From Candidatus Shapirobacteria bacterium (GTDB taxonomy: Bacteria > Patescibacteriota > Microgenomatia > UM-FILTER-40-11): a stretch of DNA of 64,000 nt. The DNA is taken from contig JAGVBK010000002.1 in NCBI GenBank assembly GCA_020059745.1, positions 2,414 through 66,413 on the forward strand, given 5' to 3'. A program made the translations under genes and the position numbers. Below the pieces are notes generated by a model that saw only the letters and a list, made by a program, of their open reading frames with translations, was not told the DNA's origin and ran no database searches. Of the stretch, positions 25,900 through 35,573 are shown one piece after another; within the stretch, counting starts at the first letter, position 1; the number at the start of each line of letters is the position of its first letter.

Positions 25900-27183
25900 A
25901 TGACAGTCGAAAGGTTTATGAAAAAAAAGCAAAATTCAAAAGAAATATCTCTAACAAATCAAAATGAAATATTACAAGCAAAGGTGGACGAAATCCTAAA
26001 TCGTGGAGTTGTAGATATAATTGACAAAGAAAATCTCCAGAGAAGGATGCAAAGTGGAGAAAAACTTCGGATTAAGCTTGGCATTGATCCTACTGGGCCA
26101 AATATTCATATTGGCAGAGGTTCAACTCTTAAAAAACTGAGAGAATTTCAAGAACTTGGACATCAAATTATCTTGATTATTGGAGATGGAACAGCAGTTA
26201 TAGGTGATGCTTCCGACAAAGTTTCTCTTCGCCCAATGTTAACTCCACAACAAATTGCTGAAAACGAAAGAAATTATCTTGAACAAATAGGAAGAATAAT
26301 TGACTTAGATGAAACAGAAATTCATCACAACAGTGAGTGGATAGGAAGACTTACCCCTTCTGAATGGATAAAACTGGCCAGTATTTTTACTGTACAACAA
26401 ATAATCGAGAGAGAGAATTTTGCGGAGAGAATTAAGAGAGGAGACCCTGTTGGCCTTCACGAAACTTTGTATCCTTTACTTCAAGGATGGGATTCTGTGA
26501 ATATTTCAGCCGACCTAGAAATTGGTGGAACAGACCAACTCTTTAACCTGTTGGCGGGTAGAAAAATTCAGGAGCAGTTTGGACAGAAGCCCCAAGATAT
26601 AATGACGTTACAACTGCTAGCCGGAACAGACGGCAGAAAAATGAGCACCAGTTGGGGAAATGTTATTTTGATAATTGACTCTCCCGAAGAAAAGTATGGA
26701 AAAATAATGAGAATTTCCGATCAGCTCATTCCTGTTTATATGGAAATTGCAACAGATATTCCAATGGAAAGAGTCAAAGAAGTTAGAGTGCTCCTCGAAG
26801 AAGATAAAGGAAACCCCATGGATTACAAAAAAGAGCTTGCCTTCAACCTGGTAAAGTTATACGACGGCAGAAAGGCTGCGATAGCCGCGCAGGATCATTT
26901 CGAAAAAATTGTTCAAGAAAAAGAACTTCCCGAGATAATCCCGACATTCACTACTGAAAGTAAAATTGGTATTGATGATTTGGTTACTCTAATGATTAGA
27001 TCAAATATTGTCAAAAGTAAATCTGAAGCTAGACGACTAATAAAACAAGGAGGAGTGAAACTCCAAGATGAAAAAATTGAACTTTCAGAAAAAATAGCAA
27101 TTGTGGTCCCATCTGAAAAAGAAGGAGGGGTAATAATTAGAGCAGGAAAAAGACAATTTCTTAGATTAATATCTAAAAAATAG
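25900..27183 (+). CDS. tyrS: tyrosine--tRNA ligase
   Basis: Class I HIGH-like motif (PNIHIGRG), KMSKS variant KMSTS, and a C-terminal S4-like domain (RRLIKQGGVKLQDEKI). Confidence 0.85.
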   Translation: MTVERFMKKKQNSKEISLTNQNEILQAKVDEILNRGVVDIIDKENLQRRMQSGEKLRIKLGIDPTGPNIHIGRGSTLKKLREFQELGHQIILIIGDGTAVIGDASDKVSLRPMLTPQQIAENERNYLEQIGRIIDLDETEIHHNSEWIGRLTPSEWIKLASIFTVQQIIERENFAERIKRGDPVGLHETLYPLLQGWDSVNISADLEIGGTDQLFNLLAGRKIQEQFGQKPQDIMTLQLLAGTDGRKMSTSWGNVILIIDSPEEKYGKIMRISDQLIPVYMEIATDIPMERVKEVRVLLEEDKGNPMDYKKELAFNLVKLYDGRKAAIAAQDHFEKIVQEKELPEIIPTFTTESKIGIDDLVTLMIRSNIVKSKSEARRLIKQGGVKLQDEKIELSEKIAIVVPSEKEGGVIIRAGKRQFLRLISKK

Positions 27184-27210
27184 ATAACAATTAGAAAGGA
27201 GGTGGAATTA

Positions 27211-27303
27211 ATGTCTGCATTTTTTTACCTGATTAAAGGAATATTCTCGATAAACAAAAAAAGTAGAGAAATTACTTCCTTTATTTCTAGATACCTAAAT
27301 TAA
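27211..27303 (+). CDS. 30-aa ORF, candidate precursor peptide for the downstream radical-SAM enzymes
   Basis: Strong SD AAAGGAGG sits 7 nt upstream. The translation is MSAFFYLIKGIFSINKKSREITSFISRYLN. It ends 3 nt before the first rSAM ORF. No Cys; rich in F/Y/K/R/N. Confidence 0.4.
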   Translation: MSAFFYLIKGIFSINKKSREITSFISRYLN

Positions 27304-27305
27304 AA

Positions 27306-28871
27306 TTGTGCCCGCTCCTCTGTGCAGAAAATAAGGTGTATAAAACACTATTAAATTTTTTTGAAAGAAAATATTGTGTTGTATTTTCTTATTTTCCTCA
27401 AGCTAGAAAATTATTCGACGATTCTTTAAATAATTTTCTACAAAATTTTCCACTTGACACGTCTCACAACACTCTTTTAAAAAATAAATTCACTCTTTTT
27501 CCAATAGTAAATGGATGGATTTCTTCTCATAAAATTAGGCTCTCCAAAGGCTTGCCACCTGATCTTAGTGATTTTACGTATATTGATTTCATTAGTTTTT
27601 TTCACCCTAACAGAAAAGTCAGATTAGCTTCTGATAAATTAAGAAGGAAGCTCGACCTGAATGTTACCTCAATTTGTAACTATAAATGTGAATATTGTTA
27701 TCAAAAAAGTAGAGACGATTGGAAAATAAGAGCTACCCGGGCAAAGGAAACCGAATTAAGTATTCTGGATCTAAAAAAAATAATTTTTGAATCAAGTTTA
27801 CTAGGTGCAAAATATATTAAGATTACTGGAGGAGAACCTTTAACCAAAGAAGGCCTTTTTGATTTAATTGAATATGCAATTAACATAAGAAGTTTGAAAG
27901 AGGTAGAACTCCTTTCTAACGGTTCAATCCTCGCCCTAAAGCTTAATAAACTAAGAAAGTCTATTAAGGGAAACGAGAAGAAATTTCACTTACATTTGTC
28001 AATCGATGGAATATCTAAGGAAGAAAAGAATAATAAGACCTCTATCTCTCACTTAAATAACATTAAAAAAATTATAAGCAGTTTACCGGATATCAAAATA
28101 AGCGTAAATTCAATGTGGTCTGGTTCTATAAGCTACTCACAATTAAAAAAACTTTATTTCATAATGTATAAATATAAAGTTTTCCGATGGACAATAAGTT
28201 TTCCATATCTTGTTAAAACATTAATTGCTGCAGTAAAAGTAAATCCAAATTATACTCCAAAATTTAAAACTGTGGTCCAACTTTCAGAAAAATTAATAAA
28301 ACTACACTCCCAAATGAAAAAACCTTTTAGAATTTCAATTCCGTTAATATATAAGCACGAATTTGATGATTCATTAGCTGAAATTGCCTCGGATGGATTT
28401 GAGGATCATCCCTGTGTCCCATGTCACGGCTCATATTTCATCATTGGGTCAAAGGGTGAGATTCTAGAGTGTTTACTTGCTCCTCCAGGTACTAAAACTA
28501 ATACTAAAACTAGTAACCTTTTAGAATCATTGATAGAAAGTACCGATTCTCCCTTTTATAACCTAAATAAGAGCGATGTTTCTAAAAATTGTAAAGGGTG
28601 CCGGTATGAGATGATGTGTTGTGGACAATGTGTTAATGATAAATCATACAATTTTAGCTACATCTTTAACAAGGAAAATGACTTTGGAAAAGACAAAACA
28701 GCATGTAGCTTGTTGACTCTCTCTGAAAGGTACATTTGGCCTAAGTTGGGCCACAAAGAAAGAAGAAAAATTTTTGCTAGGATCAACAAGAAGGGATTTA
28801 AACCAAACGTTTACAATAACATTTCTGATATGTTATCTGATAAAGAAAATGGAAAGAAAAATAATATTTGA
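27306..28871 (+). CDS. radical SAM enzyme with a C-terminal Cys-rich SPASM/twitch-like domain (start codon uncertain)
   Basis: CNYKCEYC (CX3CX2C) is followed by a glycine-rich SAM motif (IKITGGEP). The C-terminal clusters are ...HPCVPCHGS... and CKGCRYEMMCCGQCVND. About 120 aa precede the rSAM core and could be a peptide-binding domain. The track start is TTG at 27306. Confidence 0.75.
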   Translation: MCPLLCAENKVYKTLLNFFERKYCVVFSYFPQARKLFDDSLNNFLQNFPLDTSHNTLLKNKFTLFPIVNGWISSHKIRLSKGLPPDLSDFTYIDFISFFHPNRKVRLASDKLRRKLDLNVTSICNYKCEYCYQKSRDDWKIRATRAKETELSILDLKKIIFESSLLGAKYIKITGGEPLTKEGLFDLIEYAINIRSLKEVELLSNGSILALKLNKLRKSIKGNEKKFHLHLSIDGISKEEKNNKTSISHLNNIKKIISSLPDIKISVNSMWSGSISYSQLKKLYFIMYKYKVFRWTISFPYLVKTLIAAVKVNPNYTPKFKTVVQLSEKLIKLHSQMKKPFRISIPLIYKHEFDDSLAEIASDGFEDHPCVPCHGSYFIIGSKGEILECLLAPPGTKTNTKTSNLLESLIESTDSPFYNLNKSDVSKNCKGCRYEMMCCGQCVNDKSYNFSYIFNKENDFGKDKTACSLLTLSERYIWPKLGHKERRKIFARINKKGFKPNVYNNISDMLSDKENGKKNNI

Positions 28872-29802
28872 GCTTAAAACAACCTATTATTGCAATCTTT
28901 CTTGCAACTTTTGTGTTTTCTCTAAGAGAAAAAAAGGTAAAAGTTTTATAACCGATAAAGAAATTGAAATAATTTTTCATAGTATTCATAAGAAATATCC
29001 AAAAGTTGATTATTTTATTTATTCAGGAGGAGAACCTACAATAAGACCAAATTTTAAGAAAATTTTTAGTACTGTCCAAGACGTAATCAAACCGAAAGAA
29101 ACAATTGTTCACACAAATGGAATTAAAATCAATAAATTGTTAAGCGCAAAAAATGATTTTGCAATAAATTTTTCTGTTTTTTACTCCTTCCACACAATAA
29201 ATCCAAAAACACATTATAGATTCACTAACTCCAATAAGTTTGCTACGATCAAATCTAATCTATTAAAATTGATAAATAACGGCGTCACGGTTTTTACTAA
29301 TACTGTTGTTATGAAACCTAATCAACATGAAATTGAACAAATTGGAGATTTCTTAGCAAAAAGCAGGGTAAAAGCAATGGAATTTAGGTTCCCTTTTGGA
29401 ACAGAGAGCTTAATCAAGAAAAATCCGTGGATTCTCCCTGATAATTTTATTAGCATTGAAAAACAACTAGCTCGATTAATTACAAAATATTCTGACACTA
29501 TCGATATTTTTATTCATCCATCGGTTCCCTGTCTAATGAAAACAGTAAACACCTTTAACGATGAAGAAAGTATAAAATTAATAGAAGATCAGTCAAAACT
29601 GATATTTAAAAAGAACGTTGATTTTTATAATAAAAAAAATAGATTCATCTTTCTTGACACAAGGATGAGAATAATAACAGGAAATACACAACAAGGAGCA
29701 ATTAATAAGGGGGAAGATATTTTTACGAGAATCAGTTCATGTAGAAGCTGTATTTATAAGAACCTTTGCCTCGGAATCCCCAAAGAATTTCTAATCAAAT
29801 AG
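28849..29802 (+). CDS. second radical SAM / SPASM-like enzyme (start moved to ATG 28849; the track ORF begins at 28774)
   Basis: MERKIIFELKTTYYCNLSCNFCVFS carries CX3CX2C near the N-terminus, followed by YSGGEPT. The C-terminus has ...CRSCIYKNLCLG. It overlaps the 3' end of the preceding rSAM gene by 23 nt. Confidence 0.7.
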   Translation: MERKIIFELKTTYYCNLSCNFCVFSKRKKGKSFITDKEIEIIFHSIHKKYPKVDYFIYSGGEPTIRPNFKKIFSTVQDVIKPKETIVHTNGIKINKLLSAKNDFAINFSVFYSFHTINPKTHYRFTNSNKFATIKSNLLKLINNGVTVFTNTVVMKPNQHEIEQIGDFLAKSRVKAMEFRFPFGTESLIKKNPWILPDNFISIEKQLARLITKYSDTIDIFIHPSVPCLMKTVNTFNDEESIKLIEDQSKLIFKKNVDFYNKKNRFIFLDTRMRIITGNTQQGAINKGEDIFTRISSCRSCIYKNLCLGIPKEFLIK

Positions 29803-30751
29803 CTTGTTTTCCAAAAATAAACTCTTTTATGTTTTGGCCTGCAATCTGTCTAACTACATCAACATAACCAGCCTTAAGTAATTTATTCAAAATAGCAACT
29901 TCGTCCTTGTAAGAAAAATTGACAACGAGTTTCCCGCTTTTATCAGAAAACGAGCCAAAAGGAGCATCTGTTCCCCAAATTAATTTACTACCAATTAGTG
30001 AGTACAAGTTTAATACAACATCAATAACATCCCCATAGTCCAACTCAACAATTCTGGAAGAGAGGTATCTTTCCCTTAAACCCTTGTTCTGTGCAAAATA
30101 ACAGAGGCTAACCAAAGGAGAAGTATCAATATATAAATTTGGCAGGCATGCAACTTTTTCTAAAATTGCTTTATCAAATCCTGCTAAATGAGCCAAGCCG
30201 ACACGAATATTGGGATGGTGTTTTGCGAAAGTGACAACAAGATCTGCTTTTGTATTTTCTTGTTTTCCTGTGTGAAAAATGATTGGAATGTCTTTCTCTT
30301 CAACAATAGACAAAAGCCTATCATCAACATCAGATGGAGTCGATCTTGTGGCTAATGTGTGAATTTTTATTCCAAAAAATTGTCTCTCCAATCTTAAGTA
30401 CTCACATTGTTCCAGCACTTTTTCTTTCGGGTCAAAAGCTAAAAATGGAAAGAAAAAACTATCTGCGTTTTCAATTTTAATCTCTCTTAGTAAAGAGCTA
30501 TTTTCCACCTGATAAGGAAAATCTTCTAAACCCGAAGGCTCCCAACTTCCGAATTTGAGAATTTTTGTTGGGTTATAGTATAGAGTTCCGGGAAAAGGAA
30601 AAATTACTGCTTTAGAAATTCCACCTTCCGATATCTCGCTTATTGTTTCTTTTAAACTGTGAGTCGATGGTATTCTCGGGGTGTAATAATTTAAAAAATC
30701 GATGCCCGTAGCGTGAATGTGAGAATCAATTAACTCAATCTCTTTTCTCAT
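29795..30751 (-). CDS. amidohydrolase-superfamily metal-dependent hydrolase (TIM-barrel)
   Basis: N-terminal IDSHIHA (HxH metal-binding motif), and later His/Asp residues (HTG..., GTDAPFG). Convergent with the rSAM pair; the 3' ends overlap by 8 nt. Confidence 0.55.
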   Translation of the reverse strand: MRKEIELIDSHIHATGIDFLNYYTPRIPSTHSLKETISEISEGGISKAVIFPFPGTLYYNPTKILKFGSWEPSGLEDFPYQVENSSLLREIKIENADSFFFPFLAFDPKEKVLEQCEYLRLERQFFGIKIHTLATRSTPSDVDDRLLSIVEEKDIPIIFHTGKQENTKADLVVTFAKHHPNIRVGLAHLAGFDKAILEKVACLPNLYIDTSPLVSLCYFAQNKGLRERYLSSRIVELDYGDVIDVVLNLYSLIGSKLIWGTDAPFGSFSDKSGKLVVNFSYKDEVAILNKLLKAGYVDVVRQIAGQNIKEFIFGKQAI

Positions 30752-30857
30752 ATAGTAGTGATAAATTTGTTGCTATTTTAGCATAATTAATTTAAATTAA
30801 GGAAATACAAGATATTATCTTGCTATAACAACCAGTAATCCTGGTATAATTTAATAA

Positions 30858-30965
30858 ATGAATTTAACCAAAAAACAAAAAAAACTTTGGACCTTTATTG
30901 TCTTTGTGGCTACAGTCGCTTTAATTCTGACCTCAATGGCACCTTTTCTGACCGCAATTTTTTAA
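30858..30965 (+). CDS. small hydrophobic ORF (35 aa), hypothetical
   Basis: A TATAAT-like -10 lies just upstream. The translation is MNLTKKQKKLWTFIVFVATVALILTSMAPFLTAIF (one TM). Weak evidence. Confidence 0.3.
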   Translation: MNLTKKQKKLWTFIVFVATVALILTSMAPFLTAIF

Positions 30966-30978
30966 AAAGCCTAAGACT

Positions 30979-32991
30979 ATGAATATAAAGGACCCTGTTG
31001 AAAAACTTCCTTTGGTTGGCCCCACTTTTGCCAAAAGGCTTGGCAAACTAAAGATTGAATCCATAGAAGACTTAATAAACCACTTACCCTTTCGCTATGA
31101 TGATTTTTCTCTTATTTCGCCAATTGGCAAAGTTCAGCCAGGTGAAACGGTTACTGTTAAAGGAACAATAGAACAAATCTCAAATGAATACACTAAAAAC
31201 GGCAAAAAGATCCAAAAAGCGGTAATTTCAGACTCAAGCGGTAAAATTGAGGTAATCTGGTTTAATCAGCCCTTTTTAGCAAGAACAATTAAAAAAGGAA
31301 GTCTCTATAATCTTTCCGGTAAAATTGAGTGGTTCGGAAGGCAAAAAGTTCTGCTTTCTCCTGAATATGAGCAACTAAGAGGAGAGACAGGCATTCATAC
31401 CGGAAGGCTGGTGCCTGTTTACCCGGAAACATACGGTATTTCCTCTAAATGGCTGCGCTCCAGAATAAAAACCGCGCTTGAATATTTTAAAGACTCCGTC
31501 GAAGAGTTTCTTCCTCCTGATTTAGTCAGCAAAGAGGGTCTGCTTTCAGAAAAAGAAGCCGTTTCTGAAATTCATTTTCCAAAAAACAAGGAATCTGCTT
31601 TAAAAGCCAGGCACAGACTTTGTTTTGACGAACTTTTTTTAATTCAGCTTGCCGCTTTATTAAGAAAAAAAGAGTGGCAGGAGAAAACCGTAGGAAAAGC
31701 ATTTATTATTGACGAAGAAAAAATTAATGATTTTATCCTTAGTTTGCCTTTTAAACTTACAAGTGCCCAAGAAAGGGTAGTCGGGGAAATTCTTAAAGAC
31801 CTAAGAAAGGCCCAACCCATGAACAGGCTTCTACAAGGCGATGTTGGCAGTGGAAAAACTGTTGTTGCGGCGGTAGCGGTCTTAGCCGCATATTTAAACG
31901 GATACAGTTCCTTAATTATGGCTCCCACAGAAATTCTGGCAAACCAGCACTTTAAAACACTTAGTCAATACCTAAAACCACTAGGCATAGAAGTACGCCT
32001 GGTAACCGGAAGCAGGAAAATGAAGGCAGCCGGGGAAAATCCGGAGGTAGTAGTCGGCACTCATTCTCTTTTGTTCCAGGATTTTGACCCGAAAAAAATT
32101 GGCTTAGTGGTCATAGATGAGCAACACCGCTTTGGGGTGGAACAAAGGTCTGTTTTGGCGGGCAAAGGTGTTTCTCCCCATTTTTTAACCATGACCGCCA
32201 CCCCCATCCCAAGAACAATTGCCTTAACTCTTTTTGGAGATCTTGACTTATCAGTTATTGATGAGCTTCCTCTGGGTAGGATAAAGGTAAAAACTTGGGT
32301 AGTGCCAAAACAAAAAAGGCAAGATGCTTATTCCTGGATCAAGAAAAGAGTCAAAGATACCAAAGAGCAGGCGTTTATTATTTGCCCCCTTATTGAAGAG
32401 TCAGAGTCTCTGGCTTCAGTAAAAGCTGTTAACAAAGAATACGAAATTTTATCAAAAGAGGTCTTTCCGGATCTAAAAATAGGGCTTCTTCACGGACGGA
32501 TAAAGCCGAAAGAAAAAGAAGAAGTTTTAACTAAATTCAGAGAAGGAGAGTATGACCTGCTTTTATCAACGCCTGTCGTTGAAGTGGGGATTGATATTCC
32601 CAACGCTACCATCATGCTTATTGAAGCAGCGGAGCGGTTCGGCCTGGCTCAACTTCACCAGCTTAGGGGAAGAGTTGGCAGAAATAATATGGAATCTTTT
32701 TGCCTTCTTTTTACAGAAAATGAAGTGCTTCCGGTTTTAAGAAGGCTTAAAACTATGGAGCAAACTAATATCGGCATGGAACTTGCAGAAATTGACCTTA
32801 AGCTGAGGGGACCTGGGGAAGTTTACGGCACAAGGCAACATGGTTTTCCTGATCTTAAAGTTGCTTCCTTTGCCGATTTTGGCTTGATTGAAAAAACAAG
32901 AAAGGCAGCCGAGGAAGTCGCCTTAAAAAAATTAGAGCCTCCCTTGCAATCACGCCTGAAAAATTATAAAATAGATTCTGTTACTAATTAA
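30979..32991 (+). CDS. recG: ATP-dependent DNA helicase RecG
   Basis: Wedge domain, helicase motifs GDVGSGKT and DEQHRFGV, and a C-terminal TRG motif region. Confidence 0.9.
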   Translation: MNIKDPVEKLPLVGPTFAKRLGKLKIESIEDLINHLPFRYDDFSLISPIGKVQPGETVTVKGTIEQISNEYTKNGKKIQKAVISDSSGKIEVIWFNQPFLARTIKKGSLYNLSGKIEWFGRQKVLLSPEYEQLRGETGIHTGRLVPVYPETYGISSKWLRSRIKTALEYFKDSVEEFLPPDLVSKEGLLSEKEAVSEIHFPKNKESALKARHRLCFDELFLIQLAALLRKKEWQEKTVGKAFIIDEEKINDFILSLPFKLTSAQERVVGEILKDLRKAQPMNRLLQGDVGSGKTVVAAVAVLAAYLNGYSSLIMAPTEILANQHFKTLSQYLKPLGIEVRLVTGSRKMKAAGENPEVVVGTHSLLFQDFDPKKIGLVVIDEQHRFGVEQRSVLAGKGVSPHFLTMTATPIPRTIALTLFGDLDLSVIDELPLGRIKVKTWVVPKQKRQDAYSWIKKRVKDTKEQAFIICPLIEESESLASVKAVNKEYEILSKEVFPDLKIGLLHGRIKPKEKEEVLTKFREGEYDLLLSTPVVEVGIDIPNATIMLIEAAERFGLAQLHQLRGRVGRNNMESFCLLFTENEVLPVLRRLKTMEQTNIGMELAEIDLKLRGPGEVYGTRQHGFPDLKVASFADFGLIEKTRKAAEEVALKKLEPPLQSRLKNYKIDSVTN

Positions 32992-33052
32992 AAAATCAAA
33001 TTCTGACTACATTTTGCTTAGGATTCAGAATTTAGTGTTTAGAGTTTAAAAG

Positions 33053-33256
33053 ATGACCCCCCTACCAAAAAGACGCTGGTCAACCAGAAGGCAAGGTAAA
33101 AGAAGAGCTACCCATGTTGCGGGAAAGCCCATCATGGTTAAGTGTTCAAACTGCGGAGAATTAAGACAAAGTCATCATGCTTGCCCAAAGTGCGGTTTTT
33201 ACCGGGGTAGGCAAGTCCTACCTGTCGGCAGGCAGGCATTACCAGTAGCCTCATAA
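33053..33256 (+). CDS. rpmF: 50S ribosomal protein L32
   Basis: VKCSNCGELRQSHHACPKCGFYRGRQV is the C4 zinc ribbon typical of L32. The exact start is uncertain. Confidence 0.8.
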   Translation: MTPLPKRRWSTRRQGKRRATHVAGKPIMVKCSNCGELRQSHHACPKCGFYRGRQVLPVGRQALPVAS

Positions 33257-33264
33257 ACGATTAA

Positions 33265-33636
33265 GTGAAAACAAAAAGTGACCCCAGGCACTTAAAAAGA
33301 AGAGAGACTGTCCGCAGCCTCTTTTCCTATATTTTTCAAAAAGAACAACCTCTTTGTCCTCAGGCAAAGGAAGTTGTGTCAAATCTTGATTTTATTGATA
33401 AAGAAATTACCAGCTCAGCCCCTGAATGGCCGCTTGAAAGAATCAATAAAATTGATCTGGCTATACTAAGACTTGCAGTTTATGAACTTTTAATCCAAAA
33501 AAAGGAACCGCCAAAAGTGATTATTGACGAAGCGGTTGAGCTTGCCAAAGAATTCGGCTCGGAAAATTCTGCCGCTTTTATTAACGGTGTACTCGGGAAT
33601 ATACTTAAAATAAGAGAAAATGAACTTACTCAATAA
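33265..33636 (+). CDS. nusB: transcription antitermination factor NusB
   Basis: AILRLAVYELL...IIDEAVELAKEFG...SAAFINGVLGNI. Confidence 0.85.
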   Translation: MKTKSDPRHLKRRETVRSLFSYIFQKEQPLCPQAKEVVSNLDFIDKEITSSAPEWPLERINKIDLAILRLAVYELLIQKKEPPKVIIDEAVELAKEFGSENSAAFINGVLGNILKIRENELTQ

Positions 33637-34324
33637 CACAAACCGTTTAGAGGAAAGTCTTGGAGTAACTTTCGAAAATAAAGAGCTTCTTGAAAGGGCA
33701 ATGACCCACCGTTCTTTTCTTAATGAAGCTAAAAATCCGGAAATTAAGTCAAATGAAAGGCTTGAGTTTTTAGGAGACTCTATTCTTTCTTTTTGGGTTT
33801 CAGAACAGATTTTCAAGGAATTTCCAGATTTGCCCGAAGGAAAGCTTACCCACATAAGAACACATCTGGTGAGAACAGAAACTTTAACAAAACTAGCCCG
33901 AAAACTTAATTTGGGAGAGTTTCTTTTAATGAGCAAGGGTGAAGAATTGGGCGGAGGAAGAGAAAACCCGCTTTTACTGGCCAACTGTTTTGAAGCAGTA
34001 ATTGGAGCAGTCTATCTTGATCAGGGCATTGAAAAAGTTTCTTTGTTTCTTAAAAACAACTTTGAAGATCTGCTTTCACAAATTGATGATGTTGAAGCCT
34101 TAAAAGACAGTAAAAGCCTACTTCAGGAACTCGTCCAGGCAGAAGGGCATCTTTCTCCCGTTTATAAGCTCATTTCTTCTTCAGGCCCTGACCACCAAAA
34201 AGTTTTTACCATGGGTGTCTTTATTGATGAAAGATTAATTGCCCAGGGAACCAGCCGTTCAAAACAAGAAGCAGAAGAAGAGTCAGCCAAGAAGGCGCTT
34301 GAGATTCTGGGTAAAATCAAGTAA
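33620..34324 (+). CDS. rnc: ribonuclease III
   Basis: Signature ERLEFLGDSIL, catalytic E in NCFEAVIGAVYLD, and a C-terminal dsRBD. Confidence 0.9.
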   Translation: MNLLNNTNRLEESLGVTFENKELLERAMTHRSFLNEAKNPEIKSNERLEFLGDSILSFWVSEQIFKEFPDLPEGKLTHIRTHLVRTETLTKLARKLNLGEFLLMSKGEELGGGRENPLLLANCFEAVIGAVYLDQGIEKVSLFLKNNFEDLLSQIDDVEALKDSKSLLQELVQAEGHLSPVYKLISSSGPDHQKVFTMGVFIDERLIAQGTSRSKQEAEEESAKKALEILGKIK

Positions 34325-34336
34325 AATACTAAAACT

Positions 34337-34591
34337 ATGTCTGTAAGTTTAAGACTATCATTAGTTGGAAAAAGAAATCGGCCGATTTATAGAATCGTGG
34401 CCAGCCAAACCCGCTACAAAAGAAACGGTAAAAGCTTGGACCAGCTCGGAGCTTTTAACCCAAACGTTAACCCGCCGATTTTTGAGCTTGACCGCAAAAA
34501 GTTTGAAGAGTGGGTTAAAAAAGGTGCTATTATTTCTACCGGGCTTTATAAACTTTTAAAAGAAAATAACATTCCGCTTCCTATAAAATGA
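34337..34591 (+). CDS. rpsP: 30S ribosomal protein S16
   Basis: MSVSLRLSLVGKRNRPIYRIVA... Confidence 0.9.
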   Translation: MSVSLRLSLVGKRNRPIYRIVASQTRYKRNGKSLDQLGAFNPNVNPPIFELDRKKFEEWVKKGAIISTGLYKLLKENNIPLPIK

Positions 34592-34824
34592 AAGATTTTT
34601 TGTTAAAAATCGTTGCTTTAATCGCCGACAATCCGGAAAATATTGAAATCACTGAAGAAACAGAAGAAAACCTGAAAATTTACACCATTAGTGTTCCTGA
34701 AGAGGAAATGGGCAGGATCATTGGTAAAGGTGGAAAAGTGATAAGCGCGATCAGAAATTTGGCCAGACTAAAAGCAAGCAGAAACAACGAAAAAATTCTG
34801 GTCAGGGTGAACCCTAAAAGTTAA
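34588..34824 (+). CDS. khpA: KH-domain RNA-binding protein (KhpA/YlqC-like)
   Basis: GxxG loop IGKGGKVISAIRNLARL. The rpsP-KH gene order is conserved. Confidence 0.75.
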   Translation: MKDFLLKIVALIADNPENIEITEETEENLKIYTISVPEEEMGRIIGKGGKVISAIRNLARLKASRNNEKILVRVNPKS

Positions 34825-35573
34825 AAAGGAAAGGGATTTTCTTTTCCCACGGTAATGACTTCTTCTCCTTCAGAGGCAGCTAAAGGCTCATACCTCTTAT
34901 AGTTCTTCAAGGTTTCGACTGTTTCTCTGTCCTGGCTTGAAACTTTAGGCAAAGGCTCTTCAGGTTTACCCAAAGTCTTAGGCAGGGGGCCAAAATAACT
35001 CATAATGCTGATTTTCCCGGAAAAATCTGCCAAAGAACCGCTTTCTGTGGCATTGACTGTGCCGAATTTGATGCGGTCAATGGTAACCAAAGGAAGCATT
35101 TTATCAATATTTTCAATCATTGCCTTCAAGTTTTCAAAGGGAGAGTTAAAATCGATTTCAATGGGAAGAGGGGATAGTTTTTTGCTTGCGGACTGAGTTG
35201 ACACTTCACCGGGCGTGAACTTAAAAGCCTCAATAAAAACACCATTTTCAGAAACAATCTGCTTTGACATAACCAAAGTCTGGTAAAAATCTTTTTCTGA
35301 AGGAACAGCGTCAAGAAGAAGCCTGGAATTTTCATAAAGTTCTGCCTCGGAAAGAGAGCTTAACTCGGCCGCTTTTTGGGAAAGTTGGCTTATTGTCTTT
35401 TCCTGTTTTTCAATCTTTTTTCTTGCTTCCTGAATTTGGCGGGTTTTAGGAATAATTAAAAAGACAACTCCCAAAACCACTAAAAAAATTGCCACAAGAG
35501 GAATTAAATACTCCTCCAGTGTTGTTTTTATTTTCTCAGGGTTAATTTTAAAGTCTTTAATGTCTTGACTCAT
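34821..35573 (-). CDS. type IV pilus assembly protein, PilO-like
   Basis: One N-terminal TM, a coiled coil, then a periplasmic domain. Positioned immediately after the pilM/pilN-like genes. Confidence 0.5.
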   Translation of the reverse strand: MSQDIKDFKINPEKIKTTLEEYLIPLVAIFLVVLGVVFLIIPKTRQIQEARKKIEKQEKTISQLSQKAAELSSLSEAELYENSRLLLDAVPSEKDFYQTLVMSKQIVSENGVFIEAFKFTPGEVSTQSASKKLSPLPIEIDFNSPFENLKAMIENIDKMLPLVTIDRIKFGTVNATESGSLADFSGKISIMSYFGPLPKTLGKPEEPLPKVSSQDRETVETLKNYKRYEPLAASEGEEVITVGKENPFPF

